Shown here: in pieces, positions 12,701-21,079 of the stretch | How the letters are laid out: each line of letters begins with the position of its first letter | Position numbering within the stretch: position 1 is the first letter of the stretch | From: a virus | Lineage: Duplodnaviria > Caudoviricetes | IMG/VR virus record: IMGVR_UViG_3300042898_000589 | Span: 1,276-65,275 of that record | Strand: one strand, 5' to 3' | DNA length: 64,000 nucleotides | Notes under the pieces: model-generated | Seen by the model: the letters and a program-made list of their open reading frames with translations, nothing else | Databases searched by the model: none | What the model was told of the DNA's origin: nothing | Program-made: the position numbers and the translations under genes

Positions 12701-14520
12701 GCTGGAGTCTCTACTTGGACTTCTTCCGTGAGACCTTCTTGGGTAGCGACTTGAGGTTCTTGGTCTCCTTGGCCCACTTCTTGCAATCCCATTTGGGGCT
12801 CTTCTGCGCGAAGCACGCCTTCATCTGCTGTTTGCTTTTGAATGGCATCTTGTTGTTCTTTAGTGGTTAATGCTACCTCAGCTTCTGGCTGTGCAGCAGG
12901 CTCACGCAAGGACTTAATTTCAGATTTGATTTCAGATACTCTATCCTTAGCTGTTTGCGTGGTGGCGGTAGATAGCTTCTTTAGTTCTTTCTCAAGACCT
13001 ACAATGCGGGAGACGTTCTCTTCACTGATGTTTGGTACTGTAGCCTTTACTTCTTTGGCAATGGCATCAGTCTCAATGGCATCAGTAATCTTCTCACCGT
13101 ATTTGTTTACGTCGTTCTTAATCTTAATATCCATACCAGCCAAGTCAGCTGGAGATGCGTTGTCCATAATGTCACGCATCTTTGCTTCAGATATCTTCTC
13201 TCCGTTTACTACGTAGCTAGGTCTACTACCAACAACAGAAGCAATGTCAATGACCGTACCAGGAGCTTCGCCAACACCTTCGAATAAAATCTCGGCAGTA
13301 TCCATTTTCTGTCCAGCAACAACGCGACCCGCAACCTCGCCAAGAGAACCACCAGCCATCTCTATACCACCAGCTGCTGCAACGCGAGTAGCCTTTCCTG
13401 CTGTTGTCGTTGCAGTCTTAGCTCCAACACTACCAGCTAACTTACCAGTCATACCGTCAACAACACCGATGGTCACACCACGACCAAGAGCTCGCATACG
13501 AATGTCGCTAACAAGCTTTTCGTCATTCAAAAGAGTTCTTACGTTCTCCTTTGTGAAGTCCATACCTCTCTTGGTTAGCTCTTCATTAAGGAGCTCTGAG
13601 AATGTAAGACCAGCCTCCATAGTAGCGCCCGCTGCACCCATAGCAAATGGTAATGAAGCTATACCAGTAACAAGACCACCAGGTCCAGTGGTGGCAGCGC
13701 CAGCAGCAGTAGCGCCACCAACAACAAGCCCACCAGAAGCAAGGGATTTTGGGTTGAACATACCAACGACACTAGATACCAATATCTCTGGCACGACTGT
13801 TGGATTGTAGGCCACGCCTTTCATCCAGCCAAAGACGCCACCGCCTTCCTCCTCATATATCTTGGCAAAGTTTTGCATCTCATCAGAAGGCTTAAGCTTC
13901 TGTCCAGACTTTGCTATCTCGATATACTTGTTAATATCTTCATCAGTAGTCTTACTACCCTTCTCAATGAAGGTCCAAGATGGAGACACAATCTTACCTT
14001 GCTGACTACCAACAGCAACAGCACGACCAGTATCATCAATGAAGTCAGCAAAAGCAGAGCCAACTGGGTTCCAAGGGCTACGCATAGCGTTCAAGAACTG
14101 ACCGAGCCCGCCAGTAAAGTAATCCTCTTCCTCTTCTGGTTTTCCAGTAGGAAGTTCAGTTGGTCTTAATCTGGTATTGATACTACCAGAGGCTTCAAAG
14201 TTAGCCTTCTTAGCTTCAGCCTTTCTATCTACTACAGTCTTCGCAAACTCATCAACCTCCTCAACCTCTTGAATCGGCGCAACAGACGGGCGAGTCTCTG
14301 CAAGAGTCTTAGGTAAAGTAGATTGGGGAGCGGAAGCGGATTCCTCTGACGGTTCGCCAGAAGCTTTTTTTTTTTCGTCGAACTCGACAGCATCAGCGTA
14401 CTGAGGATACTTGGCTACAACTTTCTTAGCTAGAGTGTAGTCATCAATATCCTTGTACTGTGGATACTTAGCCTTAATAGCTTGTGCGAATTCCTGTACA
14501 GATTTTTTAGGCTCAGCCAT
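3748..14520 (-). CDS. Giant (3590 aa) polyvalent virion-cargo/ejection protein
   Basis: N-terminal G/A-rich hydrophobic segment and coiled coils. Zincin HEVFH motif (~11230), TPWCT domain (~10015), LRR-like LxSVG repeats (~8400-9500), GNAT-like GAGKGAGTRLM..IIQAADDLG (~7670-7800). Located after tail nozzle and small cargo genes. Confidence 0.75.
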   Translation of the reverse strand: MAEPKKSVQEFAQAIKAKYPQYKDIDDYTLAKKVVAKYPQYADAVEFDEKKKASGEPSEESASAPQSTLPKTLAETRPSVAPIQEVEEVDEFAKTVVDRKAEAKKANFEASGSINTRLRPTELPTGKPEEEEDYFTGGLGQFLNAMRSPWNPVGSAFADFIDDTGRAVAVGSQQGKIVSPSWTFIEKGSKTTDEDINKYIEIAKSGQKLKPSDEMQNFAKIYEEEGGGVFGWMKGVAYNPTVVPEILVSSVVGMFNPKSLASGGLVVGGATAAGAATTGPGGLVTGIASLPFAMGAAGATMEAGLTFSELLNEELTKRGMDFTKENVRTLLNDEKLVSDIRMRALGRGVTIGVVDGMTGKLAGSVGAKTATTTAGKATRVAAAGGIEMAGGSLGEVAGRVVAGQKMDTAEILFEGVGEAPGTVIDIASVVGSRPSYVVNGEKISEAKMRDIMDNASPADLAGMDIKIKNDVNKYGEKITDAIETDAIAKEVKATVPNISEENVSRIVGLEKELKKLSTATTQTAKDRVSEIKSEIKSLREPAAQPEAEVALTTKEQQDAIQKQTADEGVLRAEEPQMGLQEVGQGDQEPQVATQEGLTEEVQVETPAVDVTATETVEEAPVAEEAPAPKVEKTQEELDLETQEQQLRALEDDIQIEKDNFVERKAEIAEQIKEARVSKLSAPEKAELVASLRAELEDAKNESNAIIGQYREEAKALKKDVGKAKVKLQKKVQQKAPKAAVEPVATASPSSPVSLTAKELLFLSDDNPRSSKTIFSNILNKILYSDKFKSDRSRLAFVRKYVDPGFTYSVENKRVPMSERLGYILSDEAFDISKDDYQAFESAVANLGIDIDAVANDVTASLVENSGLGDYVDRVTAKKIAAQQQAADAPVAPAMEAPTVQPFARPGVYSPAYIKTKLAEAYKKLPTKKFVELFNKHVDSGLTEDIAKTSIGRDGYVNLFNSDDYVKFFKDAGVQLAKEEAPVVTAEEPTTSRKTEAEKLREAQRALLLKSGINPDVLNRRRMADGTPTFKKLSKIAETARKAVAKIMPDLKIVVYNDVAEYSRATGDAEHGQYNPSTKTIHINGTRATPSTIAHEVFHAVFLNKVKNDPTAQRIASTMIESIKRILGKDSEIYNFLEDFSSQYKDNFKDEEKLAELVAILSDFYAGNRTYGLSEKAIQSFKNAIKKFIQDFADAFGVDLQTKLDDAQVMAMLNTIARKTISGKEITNEDLAIIDKLVDTPVGEQVRKDVRKRKGLITLTEKDVIKYSKIGVVDQRMAQAMESIGLSGVKFTETGVKEAVSKKFNDVVQEYLTNETYEGEIPFMYKGGQALKETIINEAEEAYDRGEISESYKDSLISKAGESETQQQYINQYADTQKREIGRWIKYLEQSSYDDAFKYMILDAALTFNYDLNTGQYKKRTADTMRGITTFDSGILAKLYESDSKELLKDYVQFMYDNAFNVIDAHKYQKTDKGRWVKFEGRDNPDINEEASALSQLVQDTPWCTKELAYKQLKDGDFYVFVTGEEKPAPRIAVRMYGDKVAEARGIENGNRQDIEDGMLATAEKFLLEEVNGGEQYLRSIEFSKKFKDFKRENPIINRKSIDDVIEFSKSPNADISKIVNFIKRKVNNGQVTDEIKDEIYFNDSFNYTREEYPTNKTKYIFNEGWLPLMLPRNTGQFSLENVEVFFGDLIDTGGRLNTDLKLNSLTSVYGNFNTNSRFDLPKLKTVTGNLEYTGSESFDVNSLESVGGILRLLDGSLRERPVGDPTFQPVSVSFPSLKSVGELSIRDSSPNLNALESARDISINNKLLDKFGFKEMSIALPSLETVGEIDPYSTKYISDLSSLKKADKLYVRNDVKLNSLESVGKLNIEYVNLSSEARDEITKIDADISRAARGGVIDFKPFYEFANRNNLLLELPSLKEANSIFAQYSLLKSLGKLKSINKIHVFYAESISDVEYVSGNLYMNNFTGKSLGNLREVGGMLFIPNAANLKEPSKLNSVGELYLPTKVNDGIFSSIKSIGTFSSPLFGNNPYSDYFPALTEIGLPNFPTVDITTILNHQSDNPEEAQRLLESNRKLYLEAAKVQGIKHLEDIANKTFDSQVELIRTGIELQDNAVESLLVNDQLEAPGDMDIQPRQKKAKQTLQEAREGIDKKLRKFFPSTSDDVFTPQEMRVYYMDDDFQYLKKYKTTYEKVADMFAHIAEQEDVYLFPSPTLRGGFLFGDFANGSESMDMNVELGLNLNGDVYIEAIEALDTDGAGKGAGTRLMNRIIQAADDLGIKLALDAYPTRRFQYDKERDRKFTDRQLEKMADRLVTDFYSKFGFVSESTTSKNKELFRSMSREPQATRQRKADGKAPLKQRIEEIRKAAEAKRNERMAAREKGMSEAARKFKAEQEAKAKVKQEAKEQKAKIETAMDGYINAILESGNAKTIAAAFKNFQEVAGKLDKTEFVQQLRRTIAKLKEDKHISTVSAGNLNRILRTIERVSPATYALEVDRAMNAVKKEINTQLRKQLNTNRKKALKNIQSGRIGNSTIKPLFQRVLSIDASMIPDESFDDYIAIVTRLGAKQTVLPLADRRAMETTLNNILNNIDAEAGRLIELGEMYNDFISSNNLGEEAYSKVLDKMKSEGLITEKEKEMMKRYKSIILSEAKVASAGKRAESQEARAALEEELSNVDINVNALENRDDRAIATAIQDNLDAASEMTSQDLRKLLLVIDNINNGFLPHMGEVVRRKLVSINDGKKLASALNKVSLPLGEKIIVNVKGALMRLMGRKATETGTVRLAAERNPAAFIDEVFGNFKTTPIYDTLIRPMASAFSRFQRDFDVAVNKLNTAEKRLYEAKKSDNEFRSSMYKIQMYLIQREYETNVGNPEVRPAVEWIKATIDAIEEGKLYNEATAAELREQLTKFSEDGQVSTEKIEKSLTPAEKNLIKAIDEVNGSIRDKAVHVSDVIRGEGIEARDNYVHIQVFNDGNNNPLKEIDAFTERYTASTKAKSLITRTGKVNPINLDPYQTAVRGLKMTLLDYHMTPAIKQVNGTLAASKDMVNQRQNLTAVESLMQGFNEGVLANAVGSSMSPDITDTLVTNGYRAVLASVRRAIAETASNITFAISNPAQFTAGVKSYYKLDNDISAGDVLRNVGSVHTTRLFGGETLTSPQVEKSGFRNTGGVKTEMQPDVINKMARISKLGRIATNKIADVADFLMSTPDAMVSRPIWFGAFENSFKELTGKEPDLKKISDNDEAYMEANRDSIKKASKEADKQVTQAAASNNPYETIAKLRVNEKDTSSKKIYKAVNGFISRFAIFEYNTARRAIYAMIGNGSISRKEGAALLTGVAMRSIVYVMASSYIGGIMSALAQSALANLGLAGLDEEEEEEDLMEAILPNADTLPKLYRSIGGALANIFINRNFGNVVKNINGLLVETANEEYGQFLRNGKDYDPFENNILMNQLSSAMTPGNSNEKIASFVAAFAGPLSPVARTFISTFKLANGAINNKTADSRKEKLKELKIRVPLEFGGHLGLVPVYNDVRDITLDYLRDDLNKEKDFRQEVKRLINQYPNGGDKFEKEMDKTFAKYTRFKTRQAINKQKELLEDN

Positions 14521-14535
14521 ACTTTGCTTCAGTTA

Positions 14536-16023
14536 TTATAGGATACCCATTGGGTCGCTTTGTGATGTCGATGCAGGCGCTTGAGCACCTTGAAGAATGT
14601 CAGTTCCAAATGTACTGTTGATACGCTTGATTAGAGCTGGTGTCATTTTAATAACGTGCTCTTTCAATACAGCACTTTCTCTAGTAGCTTCAGTTGGAAC
14701 AAAATCAGCTCCATCTTTTGATTTACCCACAGCACCCTTCTCGGTTACCTTTGCCTGACTCACACCAACAAGAACACCGCGACCATTTTTGTCTACTACG
14801 ATATTCTTTGGCGACACGTCAACCACCTCTCCATCAACAGTAGTAACCTTGAGCGTCTTCTCCTTTACACCTGGAGGTGCACTGATGGTTACGTTCTTGA
14901 ACTGCCCAGCAGTAGTCTTTTCCTGGGTATTAAGGTCTTGGCCTTGTACAGTATATGTCCAAACTGTTTCACCAGTCTTCGGGTCAGCAAAACTTAAACC
15001 AGCTGAGCGCCAGTAGTTGTTAACATCCTTAGGAACCGTAGGGCTTTTACCAGGTGTAGTTGGAGCAACATATGGTATGTTTCCAATAGGAGTCTCATCT
15101 GCAATAAAGCCACCCTCAAGTTGACGTTGACCCATACCAGCACCAAGAGTGGCCTGCATACTTTGCTCAAACGGGGAGTACTGAGTGCTAGTAATCTTCT
15201 GCTCAGTTCTTCTTTGTGGAACGATAGTAGAAATCTTCATATAAGCGTAGTCATCGAACGGCATCTTCTCTGGGTCTACCTTACCATTCGCTCTATCTTG
15301 CGCATACATAGCCGATAATGAAGCCCTGTTTGCATCTATTAAAGTTCCTACATATGTAGTATATTCTCCTGGGGTAAGCATAGAAACAGTAGTTTCTCTA
15401 TCTTTACCAACCCCAAGTCTAGCGGTACTTGCTAACTTATCCGCATTCAAGTCGAAGTAAGACTTACTGTCTTTTAATACATTGTCAGTAGAAAACGGAA
15501 TAGGGTACAATGCATTAGTTGCAAGTCCATCAAGTTCAGCAACAAAGTCTTGTGTGTTGATATTGGGGTCATATTTGTTTAGTGTAAGAAGACTAGACTC
15601 CAGGTCGCTAATCTTGTCAACTGGATTTCCCCTTTCATCAAAAGTGATTAATGACTTTTTTCTATTCGTTGCTGGGTCAACAGCGAGGGCACCCTTCAGC
15701 TTATCCCACTGCGTCTCGTAAGTCTTAGCCTTTGCGCCAATCTGATACATACGAGTAGTAAAGTCAATATCATCTACGTTAACTTTTCCATCCTTTACAT
15801 CTTGAAGAAGCACATTAACATTAGATGTTAAGTCTCCCTGCATCTGAGGAGGAAGTCCCATCGCAGTCAATGCGATAAGGTTCTCCATCTTCTGCATCTG
15901 CTTTCCAGCAGCCTCTCTCTTTACTGCCGCACCACGCTCAATAGGAGTGTAGTCAATAGCAGTAGGTGTATTGCGTGTGGCTAGAATAGTCTGTATAGCC
16001 TGTTGCGAATCTGGTGTAGCCAT
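14536..16023 (-). CDS. Putative internal virion/cargo protein
   Basis: 495 aa, between the small G/A/Q-rich cargo gene and the giant protein. No recognisable motif. Confidence 0.5.
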   Translation of the reverse strand: MATPDSQQAIQTILATRNTPTAIDYTPIERGAAVKREAAGKQMQKMENLIALTAMGLPPQMQGDLTSNVNVLLQDVKDGKVNVDDIDFTTRMYQIGAKAKTYETQWDKLKGALAVDPATNRKKSLITFDERGNPVDKISDLESSLLTLNKYDPNINTQDFVAELDGLATNALYPIPFSTDNVLKDSKSYFDLNADKLASTARLGVGKDRETTVSMLTPGEYTTYVGTLIDANRASLSAMYAQDRANGKVDPEKMPFDDYAYMKISTIVPQRRTEQKITSTQYSPFEQSMQATLGAGMGQRQLEGGFIADETPIGNIPYVAPTTPGKSPTVPKDVNNYWRSAGLSFADPKTGETVWTYTVQGQDLNTQEKTTAGQFKNVTISAPPGVKEKTLKVTTVDGEVVDVSPKNIVVDKNGRGVLVGVSQAKVTEKGAVGKSKDGADFVPTEATRESAVLKEHVIKMTPALIKRINSTFGTDILQGAQAPASTSQSDPMGIL

Positions 16024-16028
16024 TTCGT

Positions 16029-16634
16029 TCAGGGAGTTTGTTTTTGCGTGAGCAATTTTGTAAACAACTCAACAAGAGCACCATTGTCTTGCCCAAGCCC
16101 CATAGCTGCACCAGCTTGGTTAACAGAAGTCTGCATACCAGCACCAGTGCCAGCCAATCCTTCTTGACGCTGACCGCGAGCCAAAGCTAAGCGGACGTTA
16201 GCCATACCCATATCTTCGTTGTATGTATTGGTTGCTCTGTTTGACATCTCGCCCAACATCTGCTGTTGGTTCTGTACACGCATCTCTGCGTCCTGTGCTG
16301 CAAGTTGTCTGTAGGCGTCAGCTAATCCCATAGAGCTTTGACCAAGACCAATCAGTCCCGCTCTTCTGTCCTCCATATTAGTTTGCGCGGCGCCAAAGGC
16401 TCTGTCAACACCAGTCTCTGCGTAGTCCATAGACTCAGTAGGTAGCCCTTGACGCGCACGCATTTGTAACTCATTGAAATACTGCTGAGTATAATCGTTA
16501 TAGTCAGTGCTCTCCATTTCGTTGAGAGCTTGACCTGTCTTTATCCCGCCGACTACTGAGTTTACTAAGCCAGCCCCTCCTTGAATCAAAGCTGGCGCTG
16601 CCTTAATCAATAGTCCTAGTGTGATTGGGTCCAT
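16029..16634 (-). CDS. Putative DNA-pilot/ejection protein
   Basis: 201 aa. MDPITLG..hydrophobic G/A-rich N-terminus then Q/M/A-rich helical region, typical of podovirus internal proteins. Confidence 0.6.
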   Translation of the reverse strand: MDPITLGLLIKAAPALIQGGAGLVNSVVGGIKTGQALNEMESTDYNDYTQQYFNELQMRARQGLPTESMDYAETGVDRAFGAAQTNMEDRRAGLIGLGQSSMGLADAYRQLAAQDAEMRVQNQQQMLGEMSNRATNTYNEDMGMANVRLALARGQRQEGLAGTGAGMQTSVNQAGAAMGLGQDNGALVELFTKLLTQKQTP

Positions 16635-16641
16635 ACGTCTA

Positions 16642-16649
16642 CAAATTTA
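16642..16649 (-). promoter_or_regulatory. -7 promoter element TAAATTTG
   Basis: TAnnTTTG 7 nt before the ATG of 16029..16634. Confidence 0.6.
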
Positions 16650-16665
16650 ATACTTAATGTGAGGT

Positions 16666-19600
16666 CTATCTTGTATAATTAGACATAAAATAATTAAATG
16701 TAGCTGAGATAATTCTAGCTGCAGTTATCTGACCAGCAGCGAACTTGATACGAGTCTTCTGCCAGAAGCCACGAACCTTTTCACCTTCAATAAAGTTAGT
16801 CAGTCCAGTAGGTCTACTGATGGTTCTCATATAGTCTGTGAATGCCTGCTGTTCTTTATAGGTGAAGCCAGTGCCAGAAGTCCATAAGCCATTACTAGTG
16901 ACAACTCCAGATAGCATAGCTTGGTCTACAATTGTTGCTGACGTGGATGGTATAGACATAGTATCTACACCAGCTTCGTTAGTGAACAGAGTGTTGAGTG
17001 ACATAGTGTTCCACACCTTTACTTGTGCGGGCTGTGCATTAGATACGATGTCAATGTATCCGTCTTGAGCCACACCGTAGAAGTTCATAGGACTGCTTGG
17101 TGCATCGTGAACATACAAAGCACCAGCTCTGTAAGTAACAAGCTCAACACCAGCAGATGAAATCATATCTGGGATGTAACTATAGAAGGAGGACCAAGCA
17201 TTAGCATCTTCATTGAAGGCTACAGTCTGGTTAGTATATACTCCGATTTGATAATTAAGTCCAGCAGTAAGCACTACACCCAAGTCTAAGAATGCTTTTA
17301 CAGACATTGTATACGTGACTCCATTTGTCCCAGGTAGGGCAGATGCAAATATCTCGTATTCAACTGGAGCTTGCGTAGATGCTGGGACCGCTGGTAGGTA
17401 AATTTTAGTTACCTGTCCAATGAACACATCGTATATTGACCTATCAATAAACAACGTGATTCTATCTGGACCCAAAGAAGTTTCTCCTGGGGTGTATGTA
17501 AGTAAGATACCTATTCTAAAGGAAAGGATATACTCATTGAATCTCTTGTCGTAACCACCAAAGGCGTAGTCAGCAACAGCATTTGTATTCATTCCACGAG
17601 ATACTTGCTTGAAGTATCTGTCCATACCGTACATATTGATAGGAGTTACCCCATCATTTGATATGCGGCAGACCTGTCCTTGGTCAACATCAAAGAAATA
17701 CTTTCTGTTATTCATATACGCGAAGCTTTCGGGATTAGTCCCGATGCCAGCACGTGTGTTGTAGTAGGTAATGTCAGAGATGGGAGTGTTAGCAGCAATG
17801 CTGAGGTTCTGTCCATCAACAGTGGTAATCACCTGTCTGTCAGTCTGCATTACGCCAACAGCATCCTCGTGGAATACATACGTCTTTCCCCCGTCAGTAT
17901 GCAACAACTGAATAGAGCGAAGCGATGGGTTGGCATCCTCGAATGATGTGTCGTATATAGTTCCCAGTCCATTGAACCCCTGATTTGGTAGCAGTGGTTC
18001 AGAGTACCTCATCGTTGTTGGGCGGGTGTATGCCTTGATAGTACCAGCATACTCGTCTGTCTGAGATGAGTTCTTTATAACAACATTAGGTCTTCCAGCC
18101 CCCCAGGTGCTAGAAATTGTTTTATCGTAATAGTTAGCCTCTTCAACGAAGATTGTATCAACCCTTGTTTGGGTTCCACTTACCGTTGCTGGGGTTGTAT
18201 TATCAAAAATTGTAACATAACTCCTTGGCTTTAGGAATGTATCACCATTGAAAAGCTGTATTGTTGCTGGGATTGTTGTCGTTTGATTGGCGACATTACC
18301 AGTGTGAAGGTAGCGTCCAGGTGTAGACTTATCAATATCACCAGAATACATCTCATAGTAGTACTCAGAAGTGTAGTCGTTATCTGGAGTATATAGTTCA
18401 AATACAACCCTTCCAACCTGTGCGGGGTCAGAGTTAGCCCCTTCCCCAGAAAAGAATAGAGCATTCCACCTGCTAGAAAGATTTCCGCCGTTAAGAACGT
18501 AGCTTGGCAAATCAGATGAACGTATTACTATTGAGTTCAACTCTGGGAAGTATGTCAATATTTCCGCGTCTAAAAACGGCTCAGCAAAATCCAAGTTGGT
18601 TTGAGGATTATTAAAACCAAAAGAAGACCTGGACACAAATCTAATTCTATCTCCAGGACTGTACGAATAAGTTATCTGAGTAGATGCCAGTTCGCTATAC
18701 GAAGAGTTGTATAGGTTTGTTAAAGCATTCAGCGGAATATATATAGCATCAAATCCACCAATTGACGCTGCAGTTGTTGGTGTATATGAAGTTGCTGTTG
18801 TCTGTACTGAGTTGGGCGAAATATACCCCCTATAAAAGAACTTATTATCAAGTTCATTAAATACAGATTGGTTTTCCTGCTCTTCTTTTCTACTTCTTCT
18901 CTTTCCAAGGTATGTCTGCTTTGACATAGGAAGTGAGACATATCTCTTTATTCCGTTTCTATTTGTCTTTACGATGTGAAACTTTTCAGCCCAGGATGGG
19001 GCGTCGTGATTAAAACGTATCTGAGCAAATCGCTGACCAATACTATTAAATATATTCCCAGCTATAGCAGAAGATGAGCCACTTACAGACTCGTCTCTCC
19101 ACCACATACTGTTTGCCTTTAGTGAGTCGTGAGTTATTACAGTAGAAAGGCGCCCATACTTATCGCTATACACAATGCCAAATTCCTGATTTGAGCCACG
19201 CTTAAACGATTGTATTGCGTAACTTTGAGCTACTATAGGTATTTTATTCAGTATAAAATATACGCTAGAAGTAGCTCCATTTGTAGTGTATAGAGTTTGG
19301 GGTATGGATGGGTATAGAACAAGCCTTCTATTAACTGTATCAGAAACAGCAGACAAGCCATACACAGTGAACTGACCACCAAATACAGCGTCTGGTAAAT
19401 TGTATGCTGAGTTATTATTAAACGCAGAAGTAAATCTGTTTATAACGTCAGATACCGCAGAAGTTTGCGGGACAACGGTCTCGGTAAATGATATGCTACT
19501 AAAGTATGTGGACGTGCCAGCAGTACTATTTGTTATTGATAGCGGAACAGTAATAGTTATAGGTATCCCAGCACTTACTGCAGTTGGAAATGAAAGTACA

Positions 19601-21075
19601 GCCCCAGAAGTTTGAGCAGTTGAATTAAACAACCCAGGCAAAAACATATCGTTAGCCAGTTCAATAGAAGTAAGAGAAGTTGCACTCACGTTTCCATTAG
19701 TTGTCTTCTGTCTTGTTACTCCATTTGAAAGGTATGGATTAGACCTCTCAAACATCTCAGTAATTGGAGGCCTGGTGTTTATTCCATATGGACCAGATAA
19801 ATCTATGTCTCTTCCTTCTGTTATGTTGGCATAGATAATTCTATTCTTATCTGTAATAGCCTGAGCTTTTGCCTTTACTGGAATCCACGAAAACAACTGG
19901 CTAGCCTGTTGAGCATTTATAGGGAGTAGGTTACCAGAATTGTCAAAGACTACACTCGTGTATAGCTTATAATTAGTTCCCCCATTTGGGTCTGCAGAAG
20001 ATATGGAACTAATGCTAGATACATCTATCTTTGAAACAAGGTAAAAGTCACCAGGAGCCTTATCATCGTTGTTCTTTCTTACGGCAATCTTAATGTATCT
20101 ATACTTAATAAAGTCTGGAACCTCCGCCCAAACTTTTATTTCATTATTCTTATATATCGATTCTTTATCCGTTGAAAGGATTGTTGAGTCAGCCCTTGTG
20201 AGCGGGTTAGCAAATGTACTTACTGGAGACCAAGCAGACTCTCTTCCGTCTTCCGCAACATAGCAATACTTAAACTGCCATAGAGAACCAGTCAAGTTGT
20301 TGAAGTTCTTAATGGAGTTCGAACTGTATTGAACTACAGGAGGGGTAAGAGGTGGCTTTACAATAGCAGTAGTAAACTCCTCATTTACAGCAGTATAGAT
20401 ATATCCAGATGGGCATAGCTCCCATCCACTACTTGGCATTGGTGTTCCAGATGCGGCTGGGTCAGCTGTCGTACTAGCGGTACACCTGTAGTAAACATTT
20501 ACGTTGGCGGTGGTTCCGTTTGGTTGGCGGAACTGCTTGACCATATAGTAAACATCATTAGGTATAGCAAACGTACCAGCTACCCACAAGCCCTTGAACT
20601 TCTTCTTTACCGTATCAAAGGTTCGGATGCCTGCATCAATGTTTATATTCTTCGGCTCACCGTAGTTATCAGTGAACAGCAAGTATGTATCCTGCTCTCC
20701 TACTACTACATCAATACCAGTGATTAGGTAGTTGACATTTAGGTTGAGCGTATTGTTACTATCATTGTAGATAGTAGTGATGGTGTTAGCGCTGTGGTCG
20801 TACTGAAGGATTCTGTTGTTACCGTTGGTGTTGTAGATAACGTATACAGTTCTGTTGTTCGTATCATCATCAACAGTTCCAATAACTCTATTACCACCAG
20901 CGGGCAGAGTAGTACTAACTAATCTGTTTCCCTCAATGGTAGTGACCACACCCTTGGCTCCTAGCCCAGAGTCTCCTGTTCTGATGTTAAAGGCGAAGCG
21001 ATACTGGTTAGCAGGAATCAACGACTCCTCCATATCTTGGTTCATCCCGCCTTCGAAGGAACGCTTTTCAATCAT
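16666..21075 (-). CDS. Tail nozzle/stabilisation protein (crAss muzzle, P22 gp10-like)
   Basis: 1469 aa. Starts FEGGMNQD...YRFAFNIR; contains LFTDNYGEPKNINI, GIGTNPESFA, GGYD..FNEYIL, WSSFYSYIPD. Confidence 0.75.
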   Translation of the reverse strand: MIEKRSFEGGMNQDMEESLIPANQYRFAFNIRTGDSGLGAKGVVTTIEGNRLVSTTLPAGGNRVIGTVDDDTNNRTVYVIYNTNGNNRILQYDHSANTITTIYNDSNNTLNLNVNYLITGIDVVVGEQDTYLLFTDNYGEPKNINIDAGIRTFDTVKKKFKGLWVAGTFAIPNDVYYMVKQFRQPNGTTANVNVYYRCTASTTADPAASGTPMPSSGWELCPSGYIYTAVNEEFTTAIVKPPLTPPVVQYSSNSIKNFNNLTGSLWQFKYCYVAEDGRESAWSPVSTFANPLTRADSTILSTDKESIYKNNEIKVWAEVPDFIKYRYIKIAVRKNNDDKAPGDFYLVSKIDVSSISSISSADPNGGTNYKLYTSVVFDNSGNLLPINAQQASQLFSWIPVKAKAQAITDKNRIIYANITEGRDIDLSGPYGINTRPPITEMFERSNPYLSNGVTRQKTTNGNVSATSLTSIELANDMFLPGLFNSTAQTSGAVLSFPTAVSAGIPITITVPLSITNSTAGTSTYFSSISFTETVVPQTSAVSDVINRFTSAFNNNSAYNLPDAVFGGQFTVYGLSAVSDTVNRRLVLYPSIPQTLYTTNGATSSVYFILNKIPIVAQSYAIQSFKRGSNQEFGIVYSDKYGRLSTVITHDSLKANSMWWRDESVSGSSSAIAGNIFNSIGQRFAQIRFNHDAPSWAEKFHIVKTNRNGIKRYVSLPMSKQTYLGKRRSRKEEQENQSVFNELDNKFFYRGYISPNSVQTTATSYTPTTAASIGGFDAIYIPLNALTNLYNSSYSELASTQITYSYSPGDRIRFVSRSSFGFNNPQTNLDFAEPFLDAEILTYFPELNSIVIRSSDLPSYVLNGGNLSSRWNALFFSGEGANSDPAQVGRVVFELYTPDNDYTSEYYYEMYSGDIDKSTPGRYLHTGNVANQTTTIPATIQLFNGDTFLKPRSYVTIFDNTTPATVSGTQTRVDTIFVEEANYYDKTISSTWGAGRPNVVIKNSSQTDEYAGTIKAYTRPTTMRYSEPLLPNQGFNGLGTIYDTSFEDANPSLRSIQLLHTDGGKTYVFHEDAVGVMQTDRQVITTVDGQNLSIAANTPISDITYYNTRAGIGTNPESFAYMNNRKYFFDVDQGQVCRISNDGVTPINMYGMDRYFKQVSRGMNTNAVADYAFGGYDKRFNEYILSFRIGILLTYTPGETSLGPDRITLFIDRSIYDVFIGQVTKIYLPAVPASTQAPVEYEIFASALPGTNGVTYTMSVKAFLDLGVVLTAGLNYQIGVYTNQTVAFNEDANAWSSFYSYIPDMISSAGVELVTYRAGALYVHDAPSSPMNFYGVAQDGYIDIVSNAQPAQVKVWNTMSLNTLFTNEAGVDTMSIPSTSATIVDQAMLSGVVTSNGLWTSGTGFTYKEQQAFTDYMRTISRPTGLTNFIEGEKVRGFWQKTRIKFAAGQITAARIISATFNYFMSNYTR

Positions 21076-21079
21076 CTAC

